A stretch of DNA of 58,837 nt from a virus. Lineage: Duplodnaviria > Caudoviricetes. The notes under the pieces were generated by a model that had not been told where the DNA came from, made no database searches, and was given only the letters and a program-made list of their open reading frames with translations. This document shows positions 30,459 through 42,580 of this stretch, piece by piece. Location: the IMG/VR virus record IMGVR_UViG_3300046170_000296, positions 1 to 58,837 of that record; one strand, given 5' to 3'. Each line of letters begins with the position of its first letter. Position 1 is the first letter of the stretch. A program made the translations under genes and the position numbers.

Positions 30459-31182
30459 ATGGCATCAAGTACATCGAACAGATTTAAAATTAGAACTCAT
30501 AACAACAGGTGAAAAATCTGGTACATGGGGAACTATTACTAATACAAACTTACAAATTTTGGAACAAGCAGCTAGTGGTTATTTATCACTTGCAGTAGGT
30601 TCAGGAGACGTTGCTTTGTCTTTAGCTAATCATGCAACAGCAAACGGTAAAAATTTATACTACAAACTAACAGGGACTTTAACAGCAGCTAGAACAGTGA
30701 CTATGCCTGATGGTGCTGAAAGAGTTTTTCATTGTAGAAGATGCAACAGCTAGATCTTCTTCTAATTATACATTAACAGTAAAAACAGTTTCAGGAACAG
30801 GTGTTACTTTACCTGTAGGATCAACAACAGTTTTATATTCTGATGGCACAAACATTACAGGAAAATTACAAACAAAAGGATATTACACACCACCTTCTAC
30901 TTATACAGCAGTTAATGGTGATCAATTATTAATAAACACATCAGGAAGTGGTATTGGTACAGGAGTTACAATTAACTTACCCGGCATCTCCTGCAATAGG
31001 TAATGAAGTACATTTTATAGACAGTGGTAATAGCTTTTGCATCTAACAATTTAACAATCGGTAGAAACAGTTCTAATATTTTAGGTGCCGCTTCTAACTT
31101 AGTGGTTAATGCTAATGGTGCTGCATTTACTTTAGTGTATGTTAATGCAACTAGAGGCTGGATCTATAAAGACAACATATAG
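30459..31182 (+). CDS. Tail/baseplate-like protein (multiple indels)
   Basis: LKLELITTGEKSGTWGTITNTNL start; C-terminal LVYVNATRGW. Confidence 0.7.
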
Positions 31183-31193
31183 GAGCACGAATC

Positions 31194-33114
31194 ATGGCTC
31201 TAATTGATTTTAAAGTCTTACCAGGAATAGATAAGCAAGATACTGCATCTGGTGCTGAAAACAGATGGGTTGATTGTGATAATACAAGATTTAGATATGG
31301 ACTACCTGAGAAAGTAGGTGGTTGGTCATCATTAGTTACAGATACAATTGTAGGTGTTGCAAGACGTCAGTTTGCTTTTGTAGACTTAGATGGAAATAGA
31401 TATATTGCAATTGGTACAGATAAATTTTTACTTATATACTTTGAAGGTCAACTCTATGACATCACACCTTTAAAAGCTACATTGTCATCTTGTACAATAG
31501 CAACAGACTAATAACTCAGCTGTTTGTTCTATAACAAAAGCAAGTCATAGGTTTATCTGCTGGTGATATTGTATTATTAGATAACGTAACTTTACCGAGT
31601 AGTACAGGTTATCAAAATTCTGATTTTGAAGATAAATTATTTCAAGTAACTTCAGTTACAAGTACAAGTGTATTTACAATTACACAAAGCTCTAATGCAA
31701 CAGCGACTGTATCAACAGGTGGTAGTTTACAAGTTAAACCTTATGAACAAGTTGGACCAGCAGAACAATCTTATGGTTATGGTTGGGGTATTGATACATG
31801 GGGCAATGGAGCATGGGGAGAAGCCGCTTCAGCATCTGACGTGAGTCTGGAACCAGGCCTCTGGAGTTTAAGTAACTTTGGTCAAGTATTAATTGCAACC
31901 ATTGCAAATGGAAAAACTTTTACATGGAATGCGGGGGACGCTTCAAGATTAACAGTAAGAGCATCTACATCAACTTCAGGATTTTCTACATCAGCTAATC
32001 CAACAGCAACTAGAGTATCTTTAGTTTCACCTACAACACGTCACTTGATTCATTTAGGTACTGAAACAACTATTGGAGATACATCTACACAAGATGATAT
32101 GTTTATAAGATTCTCTGATCAAGAAGATATAAATGATTATACACCAACAGCTATTAACTCAGCTGGATCACAAAGACTACAAGATGGTACAAAAATTATA
32201 GGTTCATTAAAAGCAAAAGAAGCTAATTCTTGTTTGGACAGATAATGCATTATACACAATGAAATTTATTGGTGCACCTTTTACATTTGGATTTGAACAA
32301 GTTGGTACTAACTGTGGATTGATTGGTAAAAATGCAGCTGTTGAAATTGATGGTGTTGCTTTTTGGATGTCTAATAATGGTTTCTTTATGTTTGATGGTA
32401 CAGTTAAATCTTTACCTTGTTCTGTTGAAGATTATGTTTATGATCAAGCAGATACTACTAAAGGTCAACAAATTTATGCTGGATTAAATAATCAATTTAC
32501 AGAAGTTGTTTGGTATTATCCATCAACTAGTTCTGACTATAATGATCAATACGTAGTTTTAAACTATGGAGAAAAAGTAGAAGGTGGTGTTTGGTATATA
32601 GGAACTGAAGCTAGAACTTCTTGGATTGATGCTAGTGTATATCCTAAACCTTCAGCTACTAAATTTAATGACTCAGCTACAGGTACTTTTCCTGTGATTG
32701 TTGGTGAAAATCAGGATTAGGTCAAACTACTTTATTCGAACATGAAGTAGGAACTGATCAAGTAAATCCTGATGGTAGTACTACAACTGTTACATCCTTT
32801 GTAAAATCTTATGATTTTGATATACAAAGCAGAGGGTACTTCAGGTGATGTATTCTTAGCTATGAGAAGATTTATACCTGATTTTAAAGACTTACAGGGT
32901 AATGCAAAAGTAACTCTTGCTGTCAAACGTTACCCTCAACAATCAGATACAACTACTTCTTTGAGTCCCTTTACAATTACGCAAAGTACTGATAAAAAAG
33001 GATACAAGAGCCAGAGGCCGGTTTGTTAATATCAAGATAGAAAATACTGATGTTAGTGAGTCTTGGCGTTTTGGTACATTAAAAATAGATATACAACCAG
33101 ACGGACGTAGATAA
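31194..33114 (+). CDS. Tail nozzle / packaged-DNA stabilisation protein (multiple indels)
   Basis: RFRYGLPEKVGGW, FIRFSDQED, APFTFGFEQVGTNCG; ends WRFG...QPDGRR. Confidence 0.75.
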
Positions 33115-34690
33115 TGGCAACTTTATTTGATCTAGCACAACAATATTTAAACAGAGCACTACCTGAAACTTTTAGGTATGGACCTAGAACACCAACTACA
33201 CCTCCGCCTGTAACTGTTCCACCTCAAGATCCTAATGCACCTACAGCACGTATATTACCAATGCCTAGTGGTGGCGGAGATGGTTATAGTGTTTACAATC
33301 CTGATCCTAATAGAACAAGAACCGAAGATAATTATAGTCCATATAGTTACAGACAAGCTGCTGAAAGAAATTTAATTGGAACTCCAGGAGGTTCTCTTAC
33401 AGGTACAAATATTCCTAACACAAGTACTGAAGTAGCAAAATTAATGGATATGTATCCAGATTATTATGCAAGGTAAACAATTAACTGGTATACCTGGTGC
33501 AGCTGCAAATTATTTAAAAAATAGTTTTATTGGAAAAGGTGTTACTAGTTTTGTTGAAGATAAACTTCCTGTAAATCAAAGAGCTATTTTAGAAAATGAA
33601 TTATTAGGTCAAGGTTTTCAACTAAATGATATTGGACAATTTGTGTCTGATGGTGGAGACGCTTATAAAGAAGATGGTTCTAATATTATGGCAGGATACA
33701 ATGCTGCTAAAGTAACTAGACAAACTTTTGATAAAAGAAGAGAAAAAGCTAAAAAAAATATGACACCTGAAGGTTTTGAAAAATTTAACAAAGCACTTAC
33801 AGCAGCAGAAGATAAATTTTTTGCTGGATCAGGTAAAGCAACAACTGTTTTCAATGATAAACTTAAACAAAAAGATATAGATGATGGATTTATTAATGAT
33901 CAAGGCAGTACTTACGACGAAGAAATAAAAACATCAACATATAAAGAAGACGATGATGGTCGTTTTATAACAGATGATAGTATAGTAAGTGATAATATTA
34001 TAGGGGGAACAAATTTAAATGATTATGAGGGTGGGTATTGCATCTATTGATACAAATAATAGTATATTAGCAAATAACAATATAAATAGAATTAATGATT
34101 ATATAAATATAGGAGGCGGCGGAGGCGGCGGAGGCGGTCGAGACCCTATTCAAGAAGCTATAGAGAGAGATAGAAATATTATAAATAGAGGTGGTGGAGA
34201 TTATATTGGATCAGGTGGATTAGATCGTAATAGAGGACAACAAATTGATAGAGGATCAAGTGGAGACCCTAATGAAAGGGGGGTTATACAAACTAAAACT
34301 ACTAAACCAGGTCAATTAAAAACATCAACATATAATGCTGAATTAGAAGACGATAGAGACACCGGAGGCGGTGGAAATACAGGTGGTGGTAGTAAAATAG
34401 TTTGTACTATGATGAATGAATCTTACGGTTTTGGATCTTTTAGAAATAAAATTTGGTTAAAACATTCAAAAGGTTTAGCACCTGAATATCAAAAAGGTTA
34501 TCATAAATTATTTTTACCATTAGTTAAAATTGCTAAAACAAATAAAGTAGTTAGAAAAATATTAGAACACATTGCAGTTCACAGAACTATAGACATACGT
34601 CAGGAATCAAGAGGCAAGGTACATTTACTAGGTAGAGTGTATAGAAAAATTCTTGAACCACTTTGTTATTTTGTAGGTAAGCATGGCTAA
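33114..34690 (+). CDS. Putative internal virion protein with C-terminal KIVCT domain (indels join three ORFs)
   Basis: Overlapping ORFs 33114-33476, 33466-34050 and 34019-34690. Confidence 0.6.
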
Positions 34691-34850
34691 AGTAATAGTT
34701 AGATTACCTGAACCTAAAGAAGAGTACGATGTCTCTAACCAAAAACAAATTAATAGAGCAATAGCTTTAGTTGTAGAACAATTAAATTCTACATTTTTAA
34801 ACGAACAAAAACAGGAGCAAGAAAGATTTTCTTGGTTTGTAAGTGGCTAA
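34683..34850 (+). CDS. 55-aa structural protein (RLPEPKEEYD)
   Basis: Manual translation; overlaps both neighbours. Confidence 0.7.
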   Translation: MAKVIVRLPEPKEEYDVSNQKQINRAIALVVEQLNSTFLNEQKQEQERFSWFVSG

Positions 34851-35172
34851 TATTTATAAAAATGCAAAGTTAGATTTAACAACTACAAGTGAAACAGTCT
34901 TGTATACAGTACCCTCTGACTCAAGAGCAATTGTAAAATCTATTATGGTTTGTGATGATAGTAATAATGGTAGCACGCTTACTGTTACTATAACAGATGC
35001 TTCTAGTAATGTGTTTGTATTATTTGATGTAAAAGCTGTAGCAGGACATGCAACAGTAGAATTTTTAACACATCCTGTTATACTAGAAGAAAATGAAGTA
35101 TTAAAAGTTACAGCTGCAGATGCTAACCGTCTGCATGTTATATCATCAATACTTGAAATTAACCGAGACTAA
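34843..35172 (+). CDS. Structural protein (LYTVP...KSIMVC)
   Basis: ORF with GTG start. Confidence 0.75.
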   Translation: MANIYKNAKLDLTTTSETVLYTVPSDSRAIVKSIMVCDDSNNGSTLTVTITDASSNVFVLFDVKAVAGHATVEFLTHPVILEENEVLKVTAADANRLHVISSILEINRD

Positions 35173-35181
35173 GGAGAAAAC

Positions 35182-35424
35182 ATGGCGTTTAAAGAAGAAG
35201 GATCAGTAGCATACACAATGATAAATGGTAAAAAAGTACCAGTCGTAAAGTGTGAAACTGAAGTAGTATTACGTAATACTAGAACTAATCAAGAATATAA
35301 CTCTGATCAAGAGGCTGAGGATGATATTGCAAATACATCTACTCCTACAATTAGAGAAGAAATAACAAGATCTTTAAAGATAAAAGTAGCAGCAATGCCA
35401 CCTTTAGGTGCAGGATCAGACTAG
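35182..35424 (+). CDS. Hypothetical protein
   Basis: ORF with AAGGAG RBS. Confidence 0.75.
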   Translation: MAFKEEGSVAYTMINGKKVPVVKCETEVVLRNTRTNQEYNSDQEAEDDIANTSTPTIREEITRSLKIKVAAMPPLGAGSD

Positions 35425-35463
35425 TTGTAAAACAAGGGATTATTATATATAATTAATAAAATT

Positions 35464-36770
35464 ATGCCAATTTCAAGATCACAAATGCCAAGACAAATGT
35501 ATGGACTAGGAAGTCTAGTAAAGTCTATTGGTAAAGGACTGTTAAAAAAATAGTTAAATCACCTATAGGTAAAGCAGCTATATTAGGTTTTGGTGCTAAT
35601 GCATTGATGCCTGGAGGACTAGCTGGTTTTTTTGGTAAGGGTAGTTTAAATCCTTTGAAAGCTTTAAGTATTGGTGGAGATATTATGCAAAGTCCTTTTG
35701 GATCTATGTTATCTGGAGCTAAAAATTTTTTAGGAGATAAATTAGCAGGTAAAGCAGGTATACTAGGTGCCGGCGCACTTGCTGGTATATTTGCATCACA
35801 AGGTATTTCAGGTGAACAAGCAGAAGAAATAAAAAGAAACCCTGCAGCTTTAAGAAGTTATCTTTCACAGTATTATAAAAATCTAAATAAAAATGCTACT
35901 GATCAAGAAGTTAATGAATTTGTAGAAGCTAACATGGCTGAATATAAAGCGGATGGTGGTAGAATAGGATACGATGATGGAACAAATCCTAAAAAAGATT
36001 TTTTAATTAAAAAAGGATATGGAGACATGGTAGAAAATATGTCTGTAATAGAAATAGATGAATTATTTAATAGTGTAAAAGGAACCACTACTGCAGCAAA
36101 CACATATAGAGAACCCTGCATATATGGGTGGTAGAATGGGATACGATGATGGAACAGGTGATCCTACATACACAGGTAATAACATGGAAGATCTTCCAAG
36201 AGGATTGCAAATGGACACAACCACTTCTAATCCAATGCCTGCAGAAAAATCATTAAAAGAAAATTTAGAGTTTGTAAAAGAAACTAAAGGTGGTGTTTCT
36301 CCTTCGACTACAATGTATATGTTTAAAATGTATTTAGATGAAGCCTTAGAAAAAGGGACAGATCACAAAAGAAAAATATAACAGAAATGTTAATGCCATT
36401 CTTTGGTAAAGCTAGTGAAGGTATTACTAGAGACTTTGAACGATATGAAGAAAAGATGGCTAATGGTGGTAGAATGGGTTTTGCAATGGGTAATCCAGAA
36501 GAAAACGCGGTTCAGGCCTCAGGCATCATGGACTTACCATTAAATCAAAATCCTGCTGGAATTACTGAGCTAGATTTACGAGAAACAGGTGGATTTATTC
36601 CTCCAGTTGGTGTAAAAGAAAAGGCAGATGACATTCCTGCAATGTTATCAAACAACGAATTTGTATTTACAGCTGACGCTGTAAGAGGAATGGGTGACGG
36701 TAATGTCAACAAAGGTGCACAACGTATGTATGACATGATGAAAAAATTAGAAAAAGGCGGGAGAGTATAA
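35464..36770 (+). CDS. Putative ejection/internal protein with three GGR[IM]G[YF] repeats and a C-terminal DDIPAMLS.NEFV domain (several indels)
   Basis: Starts MPISRSQM at 35464; joins ORFs 35604, 36124 and 36387. Confidence 0.65.
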
Positions 36771-37573
36771 TGGCAGTTTCAGAAACAAGAGTATTACCAC
36801 CAGAGTTTATAGAAGCAGCAGGTAAAACTTATTTAGGTGATTTATCAACAGCAGTAGGTGATTATAAAGCCGCTGATCTTTCAAAAGTATATGGTCCACA
36901 ATTTGTAGCTGGACAAGATCCATTACAACAAGAAGCAATAAAAAAATTACAAGCTGGTATTGGTTCTTATCAACCATACATACAAGCAGCAGAAGCAGCA
37001 ACGGGACCACAAGCTTACCAAGCTTACATGTCTCCGTATCAACAAGATGTCATTGATGCAACTTTACAAGAATATGATATTCAAGCACAAAAAGGAATAC
37101 CGGGAATAGCTCAAAGTGCAATTCAAGCAGGAGCTTTTGGTGGTGCAAGACAAGGTGTAGCTGAAGCAGAATATGGAGCAGCATCAAATAGAAACAGAGC
37201 TGCATTACAAGCACAATTATTGCAACAAGGTTTTGGACAAGCTAATCAATTAGCTGCACAACAATTTGGTCAACAAATGAATTTAGCAGGACAAGTACCT
37301 GCATTACAAGGAGCAGACATTGGCGCACTAAGTACAATGGGTGGTGCATTACAACAACAAAGACAAGCTGAACTAGCTGCTCAACAACAATTAAATATAC
37401 AAAATTTAAATCAACCATTAACAGCTGCACAACAATACGGTTCAGGAGTTACAAGTTTAATAGCTGGTTACCCTGGTAAATCTGTTCAAGAGATAACTCC
37501 TAATCCAAGTGGATTATCATCTTTATTAGGAGCAGGTTCTACATTAGCAGGTATCTACGGAGCATTAAAATAA
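36770..37573 (+). CDS. Putative DNA ejection/pilot protein
   Basis: Q/A/G-rich; YMSPYQQDVID, AGAFGGARQGV. Confidence 0.75.
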   Translation: MAVSETRVLPPEFIEAAGKTYLGDLSTAVGDYKAADLSKVYGPQFVAGQDPLQQEAIKKLQAGIGSYQPYIQAAEAATGPQAYQAYMSPYQQDVIDATLQEYDIQAQKGIPGIAQSAIQAGAFGGARQGVAEAEYGAASNRNRAALQAQLLQQGFGQANQLAAQQFGQQMNLAGQVPALQGADIGALSTMGGALQQQRQAELAAQQQLNIQNLNQPLTAAQQYGSGVTSLIAGYPGKSVQEITPNPSGLSSLLGAGSTLAGIYGALK

Positions 37574-38281
37574 TGAGTAGAGTATTTAGAAGACCAATGT
37601 TTAGAGGTGGTTCTACTAACATGAATGGTATTATGTCTGGTATTGAAGACAGAGAAAATTTTCAAGATGGAACTACTGCAGAAAGACTTCAAAAAATTGC
37701 AGAACAATATCCTGATCAAGGTATTAGTCCACTAAATCAATTTTTAATTCAAGGTGGATTAAATTTAATGTCTCAACCTTCTACAGGTAGTACACTAGGT
37801 GATATAGCTACAGCTGCAAAAGCACCTACAGCTCAGTTATTTAAAGACTTATCTGCGAAGAGGACAACTAAGAAAAAAATTAGCATTAGAAGGTGAAGTA
37901 ATGGATATTGAATCTGAGCAAGCTGAAAAACTTGCTAGAATAAAAGCATCTAATAAAGATTTTTTTGCAGCACAAACAGATGAAGCACAGTTTGAAGTAT
38001 TAACAGATTTATATTCTACTTCAAATATTCCACAAATTAAACAAGGTGCATCTAACTTAGCTGACTTTAGATTAAAACATAAGAATCAACCTTATTACGA
38101 ACTAGGTTATGAATATAGTAAAAAAAGTAAAAAGTATGAACCTGATTTTGGAGCAGTTCCAATAGGAGGTTTAACATATGATCCAGGTGAAGGAAAAGCT
38201 TACAGAAGAAACTCAGACGGTAGTTTTACAGAATTAAATCCAATAACTTTAGAACCATTAGACGTTGATGGTACGGAGTAA
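37573..38281 (+). CDS. Putative internal virion protein (indel near 37860)
   Basis: MSRVFRRPMFRGG start; joins ORFs 37573 and 37901. Confidence 0.65.
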
Positions 38282-38283
38282 AC

Positions 38284-41200
38284 ATGGCTACTCTAGTCAT
38301 AGATCCAATTACAGGGAAACTGGTCTTAGAGAAATCTATACCTGGTAAAGAAAAACAAAAAAAATCACAAGAACAAAACAAACAAGACTTAGTAAAAGCA
38401 GGTCTTGATGAAACTGATATTGAATTAGCAGACGCTGAAGATAATAATGAAGTAAGTGGAGCTACTGCTTTTGCAGCAGGTCTAGCATCCGGTGTTATTA
38501 AAGTAGGTGAAGGGGTTGTATCTTTAGGTGCAGAGTTAATTGACTTGGGTGTAGATACAGATACAGCAGCATCAGTTGAACAATTTTTTGATGACTTAAA
38601 TCCTTTTGAAGAAATTGCAGAACAAAGAGCTATTGGTAAATTAACAGAAGCTTTTGTTCAAATTGCTGTACCAGGTGGTGCAGGTGCAAAAGCAGCAACG
38701 ATGGCAGCTAAAGCTTTAAAAGCAAAAAGAGCTGGTAAGTATGTAAACTTTAAAGGAAAAAATCTTAAAAAAGGTACAGCTAAAGCAAAACAATTAAATG
38801 ATTTATCAGGTAAACAAAGATTTGCAGCAGTAGTTGCAGGTGGTGCAGCTGGAGAAACGTTAGTAGCTGATGTAGAAAAAATAGGAACGTTTGGAGATTT
38901 ATTTGAAGGTGGTCCTACAGAATTAGATAGAGATATTTCTGAAGATCCTGCAGAAGATGCATCTAGAAAATTAGCAAACAGATTAAAGTTTGGTTCTGAA
39001 TCTATATTACTTACTCCATTTGTATATGGTGTAGGAGCAGGTGCAAAAGCATTAGCTAAAAGAGGAAAAGAACTTGCATATAGTAGTTCTAAAATAGAAA
39101 GAGGATTAGATAAATTAGGAAGTGTATTTAGATTTAGAGGTACTAAACCTGAAGAAATAGCTGTTGCAAAACAAACTCAGAAAGCAAGACAAATGAGAGA
39201 TACAAACTTTTCTGAAGAAATGGTAGCTCGTATAGATACAGAAGTTGATAAAGTATTTCCAGAATTTAGAAAATTTTTTAATGCATCTAGTGTTGCAGAA
39301 AGAAAAGAATTTTTAAAAGTATTAGATAATACTTTATTTGAAGGAGATTTAACTGCTCCGATAGACTCTAATTTAGCTGGTCAACTTGCAAGTATAGTAA
39401 ATAAAAGATTAGGTAAAAAAGAAGGTGCCATAGTTACTGATAGTATATTAACTGTATTAAATAAAACTAGAAAAGAATTTAATGATTTATTAGAAACAAC
39501 TGCAGCGGGTCCAGGTGCTAAGGTAGATTTACCAACAGGTGTTACTAGAGATTTAAGAAAAATAATGGGTAACAGAGTTAAAAACTATATAGGTAATACA
39601 TTTGAAATATTTGAAGATGCAGAAGCTGGTTTCTTTTCTAAATATAAACCAACCCAAGATTCTATAAATAGTGCTAAGGCTTTATTTAAAAGATACGCTG
39701 CAAAAAATAAAAATCCAATTACTGATTTAGAAGCAGAAGGTATGGTCAATGATATTATAAAACAAGTTAGAAAAATGGATCCAAGAAAAGATACATTACC
39801 TACATTTGCATATCAAAATTTATCTAAAGCTGCAGATGATGCAACAGGTTTAAAAACATTTGCACAAACTTTAACAAAAGATTTACCAGGTGGTAAAAAA
39901 GAATTACAAGTAATTGGTAAAGGATCAAAAGTATTTAGAGAATTATTTGGTGAGATTGAAGATGCAAGACACTCAATCTTTGAAGGTATGAATAGACTAT
40001 CTACTATTGCTAGAAAGAATCAATTGTTTGATGAAATATTAGATACAGATGATGCAATGAAAGCAGCTGCAAAATCAGATACACCCTTAGGTCAAAGAGG
40101 ATTTTTTCATGGTAGTCCACTAATTGCAAAAAGAGCTTTTGGACCTGATGCAGATATTGTACCGATGGATGAATATGTAAAAGAATATTTTAAAGATGGT
40201 GTACTAATTAATAGATTAGCAAACACATACACTACAAGAGAAATAGCAGAAGGATTTACTAACGTAAGTAATATCCAAAACTGGATGAGAGGTGAAGCTG
40301 AAGGCCAAGGTGCGTTAGGTAAAACTTTTTCTTGGGCTTGGCGTAACTTACTACTAACACCTAAAGCAGGTGCACAGTATGCAAAAACAATTTTATCTAT
40401 ACCTACACACATAAGAAACTTTTTAAGTTCTAGTGCATTTGCACTTGCAAATGGAACTGTTGGACCAGGATTTGGAAAAGCAATGAATAGAGCTTTTGGT
40501 AGTGTTCAAGTAGGGGGACCTAGAAAACCTATATCACAAGAAAGATATAGAGAATATTTAGAGTTAGGTATTACTAATACAAACGTAAGGCTTGGTGATC
40601 TTAGAAATCTAATGAAAGATGTTAGATTTGGTGAAGGTAATATTGCAACAGATAGTATTTTAAAACCTATGATTAATTCTTTAGGTAAAAAAACATCTAG
40701 AGGAATTAAAAAAGGTGCGAAGTTTATGCAAGATATGTATGTGGCTGAAGATGATATTTGGAAAATTGTAGGATATGAAACTCAATTACTTCAAAGAGGT
40801 AATGCATATAAAAAAGCAGGTGTTAAAATATCTGATGATGTACTTAAAAAAGAAGTAGCACAAATAGTACAAGATACAATTCCAAACTATGCAAAGGTTG
40901 GTGAGTTTGTAAGAGCAGCTCGTATGTCACCTTTCGGTAATTTTATGTCTTGGCCATCAGAAGTATTTAGAACAGGTACAGGTATATTCAGACAAATAAT
41001 AAAAGATATGAAAGATCCTTTAACAGGTAAAATAAATCCTATTACAAGTAAAAATCCAATGAAAGGTTTAGCTATGAAAAGATTAATTGGAACTACACTT
41101 GCAATGGGTGCAATACCTTATGGATTAATTAAAGGATCACAAGCAATGTTTGGTGTATCTAACGAAGAAGCAGATGCTGCTAATGACTTTGTTGCACCGT

Positions 41201-42324
41201 GGGCAAAAGATTCACAAAAAATTTATATAAGAGATCCTGAAACAGATGATCTTTATTACATTAACTGGTCTCAGAATAATGTATATGATACTTTAACTAG
41301 ACCTTTTCAGACTGTACTTAGAAGTATTCAAGAAGGTGTAGAAGATGAAGAAGTTTTATTAAAAGGTTTTGTTCAGGGTATTGCAGAAGCTGCTGGTCAG
41401 ACTGCATCACCATTTATATCTGAATCTATTTACACAGAAGCATTTATGGACATTTGGTTTAGAGAAGGAAGAACAAGAGAAGGTAGACAATTATATAATG
41501 ATCAAACACCTGAACCAGAAAAGATTGCAACTATCATGCAACACTTATCTAAAACTTTAATGCCTACAACGCAACCTTTCCAAAGAACTATAAAAGGATT
41601 TACAGGTGCTCCAGGTAAAGGCGGTGAGATATATGAAGTACCAAAAGAGCTTGCTGGTATATTTGGGTTCAGACCAATTAAAGTTGATCCAGAAAAATCT
41701 TTAGGATTTAAATTATTTGAATATCAAAAAGCAATATCAGATTCTAGAAAACTATTTACAGGTGAGATTGATCCTACTGAAATGAAAACTGCACAAGATG
41801 TTATCGAGAGATATTATATTGCTAACAAACAAATCTTTAATGCACGTAAGAAAATGTTAAATACAATTGATAATGCTAGAACAATTGGAATATCACCTTC
41901 TAAAACTTATGAAATATTTGATAAAAGAAATCTAAAATCAGAATACAATGAGCTTACTGCTGGTGTATTTGATCCATTCTTTCCATCAGAAGGCCTACAA
42001 GAAAGATTTCAAGACCTTGCACAAAGAGCAGGTATTGCAAACGTATTCTTTGAAGCAGAACCTACATTGAGAGCGATGAATGCTGCTATGCAAAGTTTAA
42101 CTTTATTTGATGAATTTGACTTAGAGCTTGAAGATTTCTTACCTGACTCTGATCCAGAGGGTCAATCAGCATTACCACCTACACCAATGCCTAATCAACA
42201 AGTGGTTCAGACTGCGGCTATACCAGCAGCAGGCGCCATGAATCAAGGATTGACGCCAACTGAAAATGCATTATTATCCGAAGAAGAGAAACAAATTAAA
42301 CTAAGATCAAGAGGACTGGCATAA
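38284..42324 (+). CDS. Large internal virion/ejection protein (1346 aa)
   Basis: Last large gene of the structural operon; PTHIRNFLS and SPFGNFMSWPSE motifs. Confidence 0.75.
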   Translation: MATLVIDPITGKLVLEKSIPGKEKQKKSQEQNKQDLVKAGLDETDIELADAEDNNEVSGATAFAAGLASGVIKVGEGVVSLGAELIDLGVDTDTAASVEQFFDDLNPFEEIAEQRAIGKLTEAFVQIAVPGGAGAKAATMAAKALKAKRAGKYVNFKGKNLKKGTAKAKQLNDLSGKQRFAAVVAGGAAGETLVADVEKIGTFGDLFEGGPTELDRDISEDPAEDASRKLANRLKFGSESILLTPFVYGVGAGAKALAKRGKELAYSSSKIERGLDKLGSVFRFRGTKPEEIAVAKQTQKARQMRDTNFSEEMVARIDTEVDKVFPEFRKFFNASSVAERKEFLKVLDNTLFEGDLTAPIDSNLAGQLASIVNKRLGKKEGAIVTDSILTVLNKTRKEFNDLLETTAAGPGAKVDLPTGVTRDLRKIMGNRVKNYIGNTFEIFEDAEAGFFSKYKPTQDSINSAKALFKRYAAKNKNPITDLEAEGMVNDIIKQVRKMDPRKDTLPTFAYQNLSKAADDATGLKTFAQTLTKDLPGGKKELQVIGKGSKVFRELFGEIEDARHSIFEGMNRLSTIARKNQLFDEILDTDDAMKAAAKSDTPLGQRGFFHGSPLIAKRAFGPDADIVPMDEYVKEYFKDGVLINRLANTYTTREIAEGFTNVSNIQNWMRGEAEGQGALGKTFSWAWRNLLLTPKAGAQYAKTILSIPTHIRNFLSSSAFALANGTVGPGFGKAMNRAFGSVQVGGPRKPISQERYREYLELGITNTNVRLGDLRNLMKDVRFGEGNIATDSILKPMINSLGKKTSRGIKKGAKFMQDMYVAEDDIWKIVGYETQLLQRGNAYKKAGVKISDDVLKKEVAQIVQDTIPNYAKVGEFVRAARMSPFGNFMSWPSEVFRTGTGIFRQIIKDMKDPLTGKINPITSKNPMKGLAMKRLIGTTLAMGAIPYGLIKGSQAMFGVSNEEADAANDFVAPWAKDSQKIYIRDPETDDLYYINWSQNNVYDTLTRPFQTVLRSIQEGVEDEEVLLKGFVQGIAEAAGQTASPFISESIYTEAFMDIWFREGRTREGRQLYNDQTPEPEKIATIMQHLSKTLMPTTQPFQRTIKGFTGAPGKGGEIYEVPKELAGIFGFRPIKVDPEKSLGFKLFEYQKAISDSRKLFTGEIDPTEMKTAQDVIERYYIANKQIFNARKKMLNTIDNARTIGISPSKTYEIFDKRNLKSEYNELTAGVFDPFFPSEGLQERFQDLAQRAGIANVFFEAEPTLRAMNAAMQSLTLFDEFDLELEDFLPDSDPEGQSALPPTPMPNQQVVQTAAIPAAGAMNQGLTPTENALLSEEEKQIKLRSRGLA

Positions 42325-42521
42325 TGCCTAAAAAAGATTTAGCACTAGAGAGAATAGAATCTCACGAAAAACTTTGTCGTATTATGCAAAAACAAACTCA
42401 TCAAAAAATTTCAGGAATAGAGAACGATATTAAAGAAATTAAAAATCATATGCGTTATGCAATGACTGCTTTAGTAGCAGGTATGTTTACTATTATAGTA
42501 ATACTATTCGAAAAACTGTAG
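42324..42521 (+). CDS. Small coiled-coil plus C-terminal TM protein (XhlA/holin-like)
   Basis: IESHEKLC..., hydrophobic C-terminus. Confidence 0.65.
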   Translation: MPKKDLALERIESHEKLCRIMQKQTHQKISGIENDIKEIKNHMRYAMTALVAGMFTIIVILFEKL

Positions 42522-42557
42522 TTATTTTGGGAGGTTAGGCACTCAGCTGCCGGGATT

Positions 42558-42579
42558 GATTATAGTGGGGACTATAATC
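42558..42579. terminator. Hairpin between convergent transcription units
   Basis: gattatagt-gggg-actataatc. Confidence 0.55.
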
Positions 42580-42580
42580 G

